A stretch of DNA of 64,000 nt, from assembly GCA_016930935.1 (NCBI GenBank), contig JAFGFT010000049.1:2184-66183 (forward strand), written 5' to 3'. A program made the translations under genes and the position numbers. The DNA is from Dehalococcoidia bacterium (GTDB taxonomy: Bacteria > Chloroflexota > Dehalococcoidia > GIF9 > AB-539-J10). This document shows positions 44,839 through 53,769 of the stretch, piece after piece. Within the stretch, counting starts at the first letter, position 1, and each line of letters begins with the position of its first letter. The notes under the pieces are model-generated. The model was not told the DNA's origin. It made no database searches and saw only the letters and a program-made list of their open reading frames with translations.

Positions 44839-47800
44839 TCAGGGTTTCTCTCCACGTCTCGCGAGCGGGACATGAACGGCAGCAACTGTTCCCTTGTGCC
44901 GTTTTCCGGAGATAGTGAACCTCCCGTTGATAGGCCTGAGACGCTCCCGGATGCCCAGGATTCCGAACGAATGAGGAGTCTCTACACCGCCTGAACTGAT
45001 ACCGACGCCATTGTCTGCTATCTCAAGCGTGACAGAGTCTTCGTTCATGGAAAGACTTGCACGAGCCGCGGTTGCCTTTGAGTGGCGGGCGATGTTGGTG
45101 AGCAACTCCTGTAGCACGCGGTAAAGAACGATGGCGATATTCGGCGGGATTTGTTCGTCGTTCTCGGGTAGACTCAGTCCACATTGGATGCCGGTGCGCT
45201 CGACAAAGCTGCCGACCTGCCACTCTATTGCTGCACACAGTCCAAGGTCGTCCAGCATACCCGGCCTGAGTTCAGTCGACAGGTGTCGCACGTCGAGCGC
45301 AAGGCTATCAACCATTGCCGCGACATTGTCGACCTTGCTGATTGCATCCTCCCTGTCCGCCTCCTGTCGCAGTTGCTTCTTGAGGGACATCAGGTCGAAC
45401 TTGAGAGCAGTCAGGCCCTGACCGATGTTGTCATGCAGGTCTCGCGCAAGCGCCGTGCGCTCCTGTTCGCGGGCATCCTGCAGGTGTCCCGAAAGCTCTC
45501 TCAGTCGTTCTCCTGCCAGTCTGAGTTTCTCCTGGGTCTGGCGAAGGTCGGTGATATCGTGCAGGTGCATGAGCACGGTCTGTATCACCCCGTCGTCGTC
45601 GCGCTCAGGAGACATGTGCCAGTCGATGGACCTCTGTCCACCGTGTGTTTGTACGTCCATAGAACCTGACAGCGGCCGGCCTGAGGCGAATACGTGCATG
45701 ATGGCGTCCCGGGTAGCGTTGAGTGTCTCCTGTGACAATCCCGAGAAATCGGACAGGCATCGCCCGACCATGTCCTGGTGTGGCACTCCTGAGAGTCTGT
45801 CGAGTGCAGGATTGACGTACAGCATTCGGCAATCACGGTCCAACCGCGCGACTGTATCATCAAGGTTCTCACTCAAAGTGCGGAACCGTGCCTCACTCTC
45901 TCTTAAGGCCCGCTCTGCGCGCCTCTGTTCCGTGACGTCTCTGGTGGCTCCCTGGATGGCTACTACCTGGCCATCTTCGACCTGGTGCAGGACCATGTCA
46001 CAGATGCACTCCATAGTCGTGCCGTCCCTCTTGAGAAGGCGCACGTCCGCTCCTGTCACCATGCCTCGATTCTCCAACTCTGCGAAAATCGGAGCACCAG
46101 CCTCAGTTCCATCGGCGAAGAGGTTGAACAGGTTCAACTGGTTGACGTCATCACGCGTGTAGCCAAAGAGGTCGAGCCATGCCTGGTTGACCTCAGTAAG
46201 GCGTCCATCAGGTGACATGAGGTAGGTGGCGTCCCTGGAAAGATTGAACAGGGTGTGGAATCGTTTGGCGCTCTCGATGCGTTGTCGCTCCGCCTTCTTC
46301 TGCTCTGAGATATCGCGCATGACAGTCTGGAATCCGAGGATACTCCCGTCAGCGTGATAGCGAACGCTTATCGACCTCACGATATCAATAAGCCTGCCGT
46401 CCTTGGTCTTCACAGGTGACTCATAGTTGTCCAATGACCCGTTGCGGAGGAGGAGTTGTACGAAATCCGGACGCATCTCCGGTGATGGAAAGAGGTTGGC
46501 AGCGTTGAATGAGGCCGTGTCCTCACGCGAGTAGCCAAGGAGATTGAACCAGGCGTCGTTTGCCTCAATGAGATTGCCATCCACTGTGATGAGGCAGATA
46601 GGGGCTATTGATTGGTCGAAGAGCTGTCGATACTGCTGTTCGCGCTCGCGAAGCGCTCGCTCCGCCGCCTTGCTCTCAGTGATGTCGTGAAAGACCGTCT
46701 GGAATCCGATGATGCCGCCATCCGGTGACCTACGCACTGTGACGATTCGGTGACAGTCGAATATGGTACCGTCTTTTCGCCTGAACTTTGATTCGTCCTC
46801 GACGTGGTCCTGGCTCGCGATTGCCTGCAGGAACCTGGCTCTACCATCCGGCTCCACATATGCGTCGCTTGCGGTGTATGACGATATGTCCTCAGGTGTG
46901 TATCCGAACAATCTGAACCATGCGGGGTTTGCCTCGAGCAGGCGGCCGTCCGGCGTGACAAGATTGACGGCATCGACGGATTGCTCAAACAGCTCCCTGT
47001 ACTTCTCTTCGCTCTCCCGCAATGCCTGTTCCGCCGCCTTGCTGTGCGTAATATCACGGAAGACTGTCTGGTAGCCGATGATCTCGCCGTCCGGCGCATG
47101 GCGCGCAATTACCGAGCGAAGAATATGAAGACTCCTGCCGTCTTTCGTCTTCATGGGCACCTCATCGTCCTTGAGGTAGCCCTGCATGGAGATATTGGAG
47201 AGAAAGGTATCCCTGTCCGTCGGGACGGCGTACATGTCTCTTGCATTCAGATGTGCGATGTCCTCCGGCGCATAGCCGAATAGTCTGAACCACGCCGGAT
47301 TGGCCTCAATAACGCGTCCGTCAGGCGCTGCGAGGCTCACTGCATCGAGCGACTGCTCGAACAACTCACGATACTTTCGCTCACTGTTTTGAAGGGACTG
47401 CTCCGCTTCCACGCGGGCGGTTATCTCGACAAGTGAACAGGTGGCTCCCATGAACACACCGTTCTCGAAGAGAGGTCTACTTGATGAGCGGACATGCCGT
47501 ACTCTTCCTTCGGCGTCGGATACCCGAAAATCGGACGGCTCCATAATGCCCAGGACGAGGCGCTCCCATGACTGTGCAATGGAGGGAAGGTCCTCGGGAT
47601 GTACGAATTCGGTGAAGCGTCTTCCTACTATGTCTTCAGCTCGTATGCCGGAGAGCGCTTCGACTTGTGGGCTGATGAAGGTGACTACGCCGTCCGCATC
47701 AAGTGCATACACCACGTCGTTGATGGAGTTGACGAGAGCGCGGTACTTCTCTTCTGACGCCCTCAGTTCCAGCTCCATACGTTTTGTGTCGGTGATATCC

Positions 47801-49251
47801 CGCACCACGCTGACGAAGAGTGGCCCGCCATCACTTTCAAAGGTCTTTGCCCTTACCGCTACGTCTATTGGCGAACCGTCACTGCGGCGGTGGCGCGTCT
47901 CAAAGGAGAACTCTCCATGCTCGATCATGGCGCTGATGCGAGCAGGAACCTGGTCCGCGAAGTCGGGCGCGTTGAGGTCCTTCACTGTCATGGAGAGCAG
48001 CGCGTCTCTTGAGAAGCCTGTCATAGCGGATGCGGCTTCGTTGGCGTACAGGATTTGACCTTCATCATTAATGAGGTAGATTGCGTCGTTCGCGTTGTCG
48101 AGCAGCATGCCTCGTAAACGCAACTCTTCATCGCTATGCTTGCGCTCGGTGATATCTCTTGCCACACCCACCATACCGACAAGGGTGCCGGTGTTGTCGC
48201 GCAACCCTTTGACGATGTTCTCGGTCCATACGGTGGAGCCATTCTTGTGGTAGTACTCGACCTCGACTGTGAGTGCCCTGGCAGGGTCGGCATCGCCGAG
48301 TGTCTCGCGATGCAGTTCCTGTTTCAGTGCGTCCATTATGGTTGCAGCGGATTCAGGCGTTACCATGTCCTGCAACCCCTGTCGCATACGCTCTTCGAGT
48401 GAGAACCCGAGCACCCGTTCCATTGAAGGGCTCACGTACGTCGTGTTGAAGTTGAGGTCCATCGTCCAGAAGATGTCGGCGATATTGTCTGTGACGAGTC
48501 GTAGTCGTTGTTCAGACTGGCGCAACTCCTGTTCAGACTTCACACGCTCTGAGATATCACGGGCCACGGAGAGAATCAGAGGTCGGTTGTCGAGCATCAT
48601 CCGTGTTGCCCTGACCTCGATGGGGAACTGCGAACCATCCTTGCGGAATGTAAGGAGTTCAAATCTGGCGTGTCCGTCGCGCCGGAGCGTGGTGCCGATC
48701 TCTTCCCAGCGTTGTGCCTGGTCTGGAGCTTCAAGGTCGTGCAGAGTCGCATGGGCAAGCTCATCTCGTGTATAGCCTCTTGATATGGCTGTCGCCTCGT
48801 TGAAATAGAGGATGTTCCCCTGAGGGTCATGGACGATGATGCAGTCCGTGGCGAGGTCGAGCAGCCTGTCCCTGATGACCAGGTCATTCTGTTCATGTTT
48901 CTGAGAGGTGATGTCGATCGACGTGCCTATGAGTCCGACGGCCTTGCCGTGATCGTCCAGAATCGGTGCTTTGTCGGTGAGCACGAAGCGAAGTCCATCA
49001 GGCCCATTATAGGTCTCCGTGATTCCGAGTCTTGGCGAGCTAGAGTTGATGACCTCTCGGTCGACTCGGGCTGATTCAGGGCCGAGTTCTCCCAGTAGTT
49101 CCTCTGATGACGTTCCGATGACTTGGTCCAGTGTGACGCCGAAATTGTCACAGAAGGCCTTGTTGGCGCTCACTATATTGAGATTGCGGTCCTTGACGTA
49201 GACCATCGTAGGGAGGGCGTCAAGAGCCGGGTGTAGCTCAAATAACTCCAT
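44839..49251 (-). CDS. sensor histidine kinase with ten PAS domains, HisKA_3 + HATPase_c
   Basis: 1470 aa, no TM segment. Phospho-acceptor context ARDLHDNIGQGLTAL (NarX/DegS-type dimerisation domain). ATPase N-box LQELLTNIARHS and G-box DNGVGI. Confidence 0.9.
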   Translation of the reverse strand: MELFELHPALDALPTMVYVKDRNLNIVSANKAFCDNFGVTLDQVIGTSSEELLGELGPESARVDREVINSSSPRLGITETYNGPDGLRFVLTDKAPILDDHGKAVGLIGTSIDITSQKHEQNDLVIRDRLLDLATDCIIVHDPQGNILYFNEATAISRGYTRDELAHATLHDLEAPDQAQRWEEIGTTLRRDGHARFELLTFRKDGSQFPIEVRATRMMLDNRPLILSVARDISERVKSEQELRQSEQRLRLVTDNIADIFWTMDLNFNTTYVSPSMERVLGFSLEERMRQGLQDMVTPESAATIMDALKQELHRETLGDADPARALTVEVEYYHKNGSTVWTENIVKGLRDNTGTLVGMVGVARDITERKHSDEELRLRGMLLDNANDAIYLINDEGQILYANEAASAMTGFSRDALLSMTVKDLNAPDFADQVPARISAMIEHGEFSFETRHRRSDGSPIDVAVRAKTFESDGGPLFVSVVRDITDTKRMELELRASEEKYRALVNSINDVVYALDADGVVTFISPQVEALSGIRAEDIVGRRFTEFVHPEDLPSIAQSWERLVLGIMEPSDFRVSDAEGRVRHVRSSSRPLFENGVFMGATCSLVEITARVEAEQSLQNSERKYRELFEQSLDAVSLAAPDGRVIEANPAWFRLFGYAPEDIAHLNARDMYAVPTDRDTFLSNISMQGYLKDDEVPMKTKDGRSLHILRSVIARHAPDGEIIGYQTVFRDITHSKAAEQALRESEEKYRELFEQSVDAVNLVTPDGRLLEANPAWFRLFGYTPEDISSYTASDAYVEPDGRARFLQAIASQDHVEDESKFRRKDGTIFDCHRIVTVRRSPDGGIIGFQTVFHDITESKAAERALREREQQYRQLFDQSIAPICLITVDGNLIEANDAWFNLLGYSREDTASFNAANLFPSPEMRPDFVQLLLRNGSLDNYESPVKTKDGRLIDIVRSISVRYHADGSILGFQTVMRDISEQKKAERQRIESAKRFHTLFNLSRDATYLMSPDGRLTEVNQAWLDLFGYTRDDVNQLNLFNLFADGTEAGAPIFAELENRGMVTGADVRLLKRDGTTMECICDMVLHQVEDGQVVAIQGATRDVTEQRRAERALRESEARFRTLSENLDDTVARLDRDCRMLYVNPALDRLSGVPHQDMVGRCLSDFSGLSQETLNATRDAIMHVFASGRPLSGSMDVQTHGGQRSIDWHMSPERDDDGVIQTVLMHLHDITDLRQTQEKLRLAGERLRELSGHLQDAREQERTALARDLHDNIGQGLTALKFDLMSLKKQLRQEADREDAISKVDNVAAMVDSLALDVRHLSTELRPGMLDDLGLCAAIEWQVGSFVERTGIQCGLSLPENDEQIPPNIAIVLYRVLQELLTNIARHSKATAARASLSMNEDSVTLEIADNGVGISSGGVETPHSFGILGIRERLRPINGRFTISGKRHKGTVAAVHVPLARRGEKP
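45532..47382 (-). repeat. five tandem 123-125-aa PAS modules (aa 624-1240) inside the kinase
   Basis: Module heads are ERKYRELFEQSLDAV, EEKYRELFEQSVDAV, EQQYRQLFDQSIAPI, AKRFHTLFNLSRDAT, EARFRTLSENLDDTV. The first two also share ANPAWFRLFGY(A/T)PEDI. Confidence 0.8.
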
Positions 49252-49458
49252 TGGTCCAGATGTGGGCTTGCCAACGGGGGCAAGCGATGGGTCCAGTTGG
49301 TCCAGCTGAGGTGTCTCCGGTTGGGTGTGACAGTCGTATCCGAGCGGTCAGTCTACCATATTCCGAGAAGTATCGATAGACGTGTCTTCGGCCACATGGT
49401 TGGACGAGTTGAGACGGACCTGTGAGCAAACCATACACCTGGAAGATGTTCTTAGGAG

Positions 49459-50142
49459 CTACGTATCCGAGGGTAGAGTCTCTTTCCTGCGCAGCTTGCG
49501 GTAGTAGGAGTGCGAGAGGTACAAGCCAGCCGCCGGATTGTGGCCGAAAACCCTGTCTTTGGCGATGAGTACCGTGGTGGGCGCCTCTGCGTACTTGAAG
49601 AACAGTGAATCGTGTCCCACACAAAGGCCGACCAGTACATTGAACTCAGTATGTGACTCGTTCAGAATCTTCGCCTGGGCGATGGGGTTACACATGGTCT
49701 CCCATTTGCCTGACCCCTTGATCTTCTGTTCTTCCGTAATCCCGATGGTCTCCTTGGGCATGCCGCCGACCTGGCAGCACACGGACACGACTTCAAATCC
49801 CCTGCGCGTCAGGATTTCATCCAGTATGCCCGCTTCTTTCCTCAGACCGGCACAGAATGCGACACCGAGCCTCTTGTAGCCCATCTTCTTTGCGAACTGC
49901 GCTGTCTCCTCAACCCGTGGGTTTCGTGGCGTCAGTCCTTCGGGCAGGCGCATGTAGCACTCGAACTCCTGAATCGATGCCTGCCTGGCAAACTCCGCCA
50001 CATCCGGCTTCGCGTACTCTGTTCTCACTTCTTCGAGTGTCGAGTGCATCGTTTTCGTAGGGCAGTTGTCGGGTCCCTGGTCGGAGAATTCTGACTCGCA
50101 GACGCGTTTGTCGCAATTCGCGCAGGTGCTGTACTGTTCCAA
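49459..50142 (-). CDS. DUF1847-family metal-binding protein
   Basis: TTG start 5 nt after AGGAGGA. Cys-rich N-terminus CANCDKRVC...CP and later CCQVGG, LCVGHD. Confidence 0.7.
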   Translation of the reverse strand: MEQYSTCANCDKRVCESEFSDQGPDNCPTKTMHSTLEEVRTEYAKPDVAEFARQASIQEFECYMRLPEGLTPRNPRVEETAQFAKKMGYKRLGVAFCAGLRKEAGILDEILTRRGFEVVSVCCQVGGMPKETIGITEEQKIKGSGKWETMCNPIAQAKILNESHTEFNVLVGLCVGHDSLFFKYAEAPTTVLIAKDRVFGHNPAAGLYLSHSYYRKLRRKETLPSDT

Positions 50143-50228
50143 GATTGTCCTCCTGATTGCTCACACGGGGCGCTCGTGGCCAGGCGTGAGTGATATGGCG
50201 CGTCGTCGGTGTCGGGAACCGTTGGAAG

Positions 50229-51200
50229 TCAATCGAGGGTGAGCCTTCGCACAAAGAAGCGCTGCTCCCCGTATATGACTTCGCGTAGCTTCCCCTGCCC
50301 CACCATCCACTCGGCGAGGTCCGGTTCAGCGCCTGACTTCTGCAGAAATGCTGCCACCTGGTCGGAGCGCATGGGGTGGACGGACGTGATGGCGAGCAGG
50401 TCATCTTCGGTGTTGCCCTTCGAATCGAAGGTTGTGCCCTCGTAGCCGGTCAGCAGTTCGACCCGTTCGACTGCAGCGCTGAATATCTGGTGCGCACGAA
50501 CAAGGGCGTCCTCTGCCGGTATCTCAACGCCATGGACTGCAGGCGGGCGGATGGGCACTGACAGATATGCAGTGTGTGGCTGTAGCCACTTGAGGAAAGC
50601 TGACAGGGGCAAGAGGTCGTCGGCGGAATCGTTCAGGTCTTTCACGAGCATGGTCTCGGTGTCGAGTTCGCCTTTGTACTCATGGGCAAACTGCAGTACG
50701 CCGTCGAGCACTGTTTCAAGTCTCAGGTCGCCGTGAGGCCGGTCGATGCGACGCCACGTGTCATGCCGTACTGCATCCACCTTGACGCTCACCCTGTCGG
50801 CACCCATGAGCGCACGTCGTACGTCAGGGTCGTGAAGCAACGACGCGTTCGTGATGACTGCAACCGGTATGCCGAACTGGCTGAGAAGTTGTACTTGGTC
50901 GCCGAGGTGCGCTTCGAGCGTTGGCTCTCCATCGGGAACGAAGGCCAGGTAGTCAATTGGTGTGCCATTCTTGCGCAGTTTCTCCAGTGTCCACTTCACA
51001 TCGGCATGCAGTTCGCCGGGGTCACAGTGAGGCGTGCGGCGTATCGTCAAGTGGTCGGTGGTGCCGAGCTGACAGTACACACAGGAATAAGTGCAGGTCT
51101 TTGGAGCGATGGCGTTGATGCCGAGGCTACGCCCGAATCGTCTCGACGGCACGGGGCCGAATGTCCGTGCGGGTTCTGCAGAGAATGACTGATTGTTCAT
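50229..51200 (-). CDS. radical SAM protein (COG0731/Tyw1-related type)
   Basis: FGPVPSRRFGRSLGIN followed by CTYSCVYC (CxxxCxxC). Confidence 0.8.
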   Translation of the reverse strand: MNNQSFSAEPARTFGPVPSRRFGRSLGINAIAPKTCTYSCVYCQLGTTDHLTIRRTPHCDPGELHADVKWTLEKLRKNGTPIDYLAFVPDGEPTLEAHLGDQVQLLSQFGIPVAVITNASLLHDPDVRRALMGADRVSVKVDAVRHDTWRRIDRPHGDLRLETVLDGVLQFAHEYKGELDTETMLVKDLNDSADDLLPLSAFLKWLQPHTAYLSVPIRPPAVHGVEIPAEDALVRAHQIFSAAVERVELLTGYEGTTFDSKGNTEDDLLAITSVHPMRSDQVAAFLQKSGAEPDLAEWMVGQGKLREVIYGEQRFFVRRLTLD

Positions 51201-51276
51201 GCTTCACCTGGCAATGGCCGGGCGAAGTCTAGCACGTGAATGCAGCGGAGACCATGGTTGCCGTGGATGTGCGCGT

Positions 51277-51531
51277 TCACTTCGGGGGTATGAACGGGTC
51301 CTTGCACTTTGGCCAGGGTATCCCATACTTCGCCCCGCGGTACTGGTACAGAACACACCGGTCGAGCATGCCACCCCTGCGGCGCTTCTGTTCGTTGAAC
51401 AGCGCTTCAGGGTCGGCCTCGAACATCTGTTCGGGAGTCTCGATGCCGAGGGCGAGCAACTCCCGGGCCGTCTTCTCTCCTACGTTCGGCAACAACTGAA
51501 GCTTCTTCAGCGTCTCCTGCTCGGAATGCAC
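51277..51531 (-). CDS. helix-hairpin-helix protein (Cdd1 / mitomycin-resistance-like family)
   Basis: GTG start 2 nt after the IscU-DUF59 stop (TAATCGTG). LLPNVGEKTARELLALGI is an HhH motif. Confidence 0.65.
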   Translation of the reverse strand: MHSEQETLKKLQLLPNVGEKTARELLALGIETPEQMFEADPEALFNEQKRRRGGMLDRCVLYQYRGAKYGIPWPKCKDPFIPPK

Positions 51532-51533
51532 GA

Positions 51534-52169
51534 TTATTCTGTGAACCTCACCTCAACTTCATTCACGTCCCACAGGGGCGATATCTTCTCCATGACTTCC
51601 TCATGAATGTTGTGTGCGAACTGGTTCGTGGCGGGAAGGTCTATGGCGACGGTCACCTTGCCCTTCTCAATCATGATGCCCGTCACGAGTTCGGTCTTGA
51701 CAAGGTCGAGTCCCACAAGCGGGTTCATGACCTTCTTGAGTCTGCGTCGGACCTCTTCCACGGTGGTTGGCTTCCTCTCCTTGACCATGCCGTGGGTTTC
51801 CTCGTAGTTCTCGATTGCGGCGCGCAGACCGTCAACGGCGAGAACAGAGCAATGGGCCTTGATGGCGGGCAATCCACCCAGTTCTTCGGATGCCTGTTTC
51901 CAGGAAATGTCCTTTGCCTCATCGAGGGTCTTGCCTTTGGCGAGTTCCGTGATGATAGAGCCGGTTGCGATATTTGAGGCACAACCGTACGATTCGAACT
52001 TGATATCCTCAATCTTTTTCGTCTCGTCGTTCACCTTCAGGTAGACACTCACCATGTCACCGCAGGCAGGGCTGCCCTCGGTTGCTTTTGCGTTGGAGTC
52101 ATCCAATTTGCCCACATTTCTGGGGTTCTTGAAGTGGTCGAGTACTCTCTCAGTGTACGGAAACGTCAT
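51534..52169 (-). CDS. IscU/NifU-type Fe-S scaffold fused to a DUF59 (MIP18/SufT-like) domain
   Basis: Start moved to ATG 52169 behind AGGAGG. IscU cysteines are in SPACGDM, SYGCASN, KAHCSV. The C-terminal 95 aa VRRRLKKVMNPLVGLDLV...VTVAIDL are DUF59-like. Confidence 0.8.
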   Translation of the reverse strand: MTFPYTERVLDHFKNPRNVGKLDDSNAKATEGSPACGDMVSVYLKVNDETKKIEDIKFESYGCASNIATGSIITELAKGKTLDEAKDISWKQASEELGGLPAIKAHCSVLAVDGLRAAIENYEETHGMVKERKPTTVEEVRRRLKKVMNPLVGLDLVKTELVTGIMIEKGKVTVAIDLPATNQFAHNIHEEVMEKISPLWDVNEVEVRFTE

Positions 52170-52257
52170 CTGGCGTCCTCCTTCTTCCGCTGAAGTGGCA
52201 CGAAGCGCCACCTGTTCTGCGGCGTCGATTGCTTCGCTCCGGCATAGCGGCCACAAC

Positions 52258-52920
52258 CTATTTTAGCGCAGCCAGAACCTCCGCTGCGTGCTGCACGCCC
52301 AATGGGGGGCTCATGAGTACGGGAACCGGTGTCTCTCCGAGGTCGGGCTTGAGCGCAAGCATACTTCCCTGTGCGCAGACTACCACATCAACTTTCTGCG
52401 CGAGCTTACGGATGGAGGCGATGACCATTTCGTTGTGCTTCTTGCGGTCACCGGCGATGAGTCTTTCGAATGCGCCGCTGGTGATTTCCTCCGTCACAGA
52501 GACGGTCTTGCCAAGTCTTTCAGCGGTGCTCTTGATGAGACGGACAGTCGGACCCATCGTGGTGGCAAGGGTGGCGACGACACCGATGCGGGGCCCTGTC
52601 TGGCAGGAGATTTCGGCCATTCGTTCATCCACTTTGACGACAGGCACCTTGACCATCTTCGCTGCCATCGTCGCGACTTCTCCGACGGATGAACACTGGT
52701 TGAAGATGAGGTCGGCTCCGGATGCCTCTGCCTGCATGTAGTATTCGCACATTCTCCGTGTGACGCCCGGCGTGACGCCGCCATTCGCGAGTACCTCGGG
52801 CAGAAGGCTGTCATCCACGATGTTTCGTACGGTGACGTCCGGCGCATACTCCTGGAAGAGCGTGTTCAAATCGTTCAACGACACACCGCTGGTGTGGACT
52901 ATGAAGACTGTCTTTCCCAT
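52258..52920 (-). CDS. Asp/Glu/hydantoin racemase-family protein (paralogue A)
   Basis: 220 aa. Two conserved Cys at positions 76 (NQCSS) and 182 (VCAQGS), as in two-thiol racemases. Confidence 0.7.
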   Translation of the reverse strand: MGKTVFIVHTSGVSLNDLNTLFQEYAPDVTVRNIVDDSLLPEVLANGGVTPGVTRRMCEYYMQAEASGADLIFNQCSSVGEVATMAAKMVKVPVVKVDERMAEISCQTGPRIGVVATLATTMGPTVRLIKSTAERLGKTVSVTEEITSGAFERLIAGDRKKHNEMVIASIRKLAQKVDVVVCAQGSMLALKPDLGETPVPVLMSPPLGVQHAAEVLAALK

Positions 52921-53017
52921 GTTCCTTCCTCCTCAATCCGAAAGTCTGCGTATATCTGCGCCGCGGCTGTCCTGAGCGAGCCCGTCGTTGTGAGGGGTGC
53001 CCCGGATTTCTTTCTGC

Positions 53018-53680
53018 CTACTTCAACGTGGCCAGAACGTCGGCGGCGTGCTTGATTCCAAGTGGTGGACTCATCAGGACGGGGACGGGAGTCTCTCCAA
53101 GCTCCGGCTGCAATGCCAGCATACTGCCCTGGGCGCAGACGACGACATCGACAGTGTTCATCAACTCTCGAATCGCAGCGAGGACAATCCTGTTGTGGCC
53201 CTCCTTGTCGCCGACGATGATGCGCTCAAATGCGTCTGCACAGAGAACCTCTGTGACAGTTGCCTCCGTGCCAAGCCGTGCTGCTGTTCTCATGATGAGG
53301 CGAACGGTTGGCCCCATCGTTGAGGATGCGGTGGCGACCACGCCGATACGGCTGCCGGTGTGGCAGGCAACCTCTGCCATGCGCTCATCTATTTTCACGA
53401 GAGGAATCGTTACCATGCTTCGTGCGATGTCTGCTGCTTCGCCCACAGAGGAGCACTGGTTGAGGATGAGGTCTGCGCCTGCCATCTGTGCCTGCACTGC
53501 GTACGTGCAGTAGCGTCGCAGTACCCCCGGAGTGACACCTCCATTGGCCAGTACCTCGGGCAGCATGCTGTCGTCGATGATATTTCTGACCGTGACGTCG
53601 GGGGCAATCTCCCCGAACAAGCGCATGAGGTCTTCTCCGGCAAGCCTGTTGGTGTGGATGATGAATACTGTCCTGGACAT
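53018..53680 (-). CDS. Asp/Glu/hydantoin racemase-family protein (paralogue B)
   Basis: Start moved to ATG 53680 (MSRTVFIIHTN). Collinear with paralogue A at roughly two-thirds identity by eye. Same NQCSS and VCAQGS motifs. Confidence 0.7.
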   Translation of the reverse strand: MSRTVFIIHTNRLAGEDLMRLFGEIAPDVTVRNIIDDSMLPEVLANGGVTPGVLRRYCTYAVQAQMAGADLILNQCSSVGEAADIARSMVTIPLVKIDERMAEVACHTGSRIGVVATASSTMGPTVRLIMRTAARLGTEATVTEVLCADAFERIIVGDKEGHNRIVLAAIRELMNTVDVVVCAQGSMLALQPELGETPVPVLMSPPLGIKHAADVLATLK

Positions 53681-53769
53681 CGTCTTCTCCCTTGTCCTGT
53701 TCTGTTTTGCACTCCTGCACAGGGCTCTATGTACGTCCATATTGCGCTGAGCCGCAGAGGGATACCATC

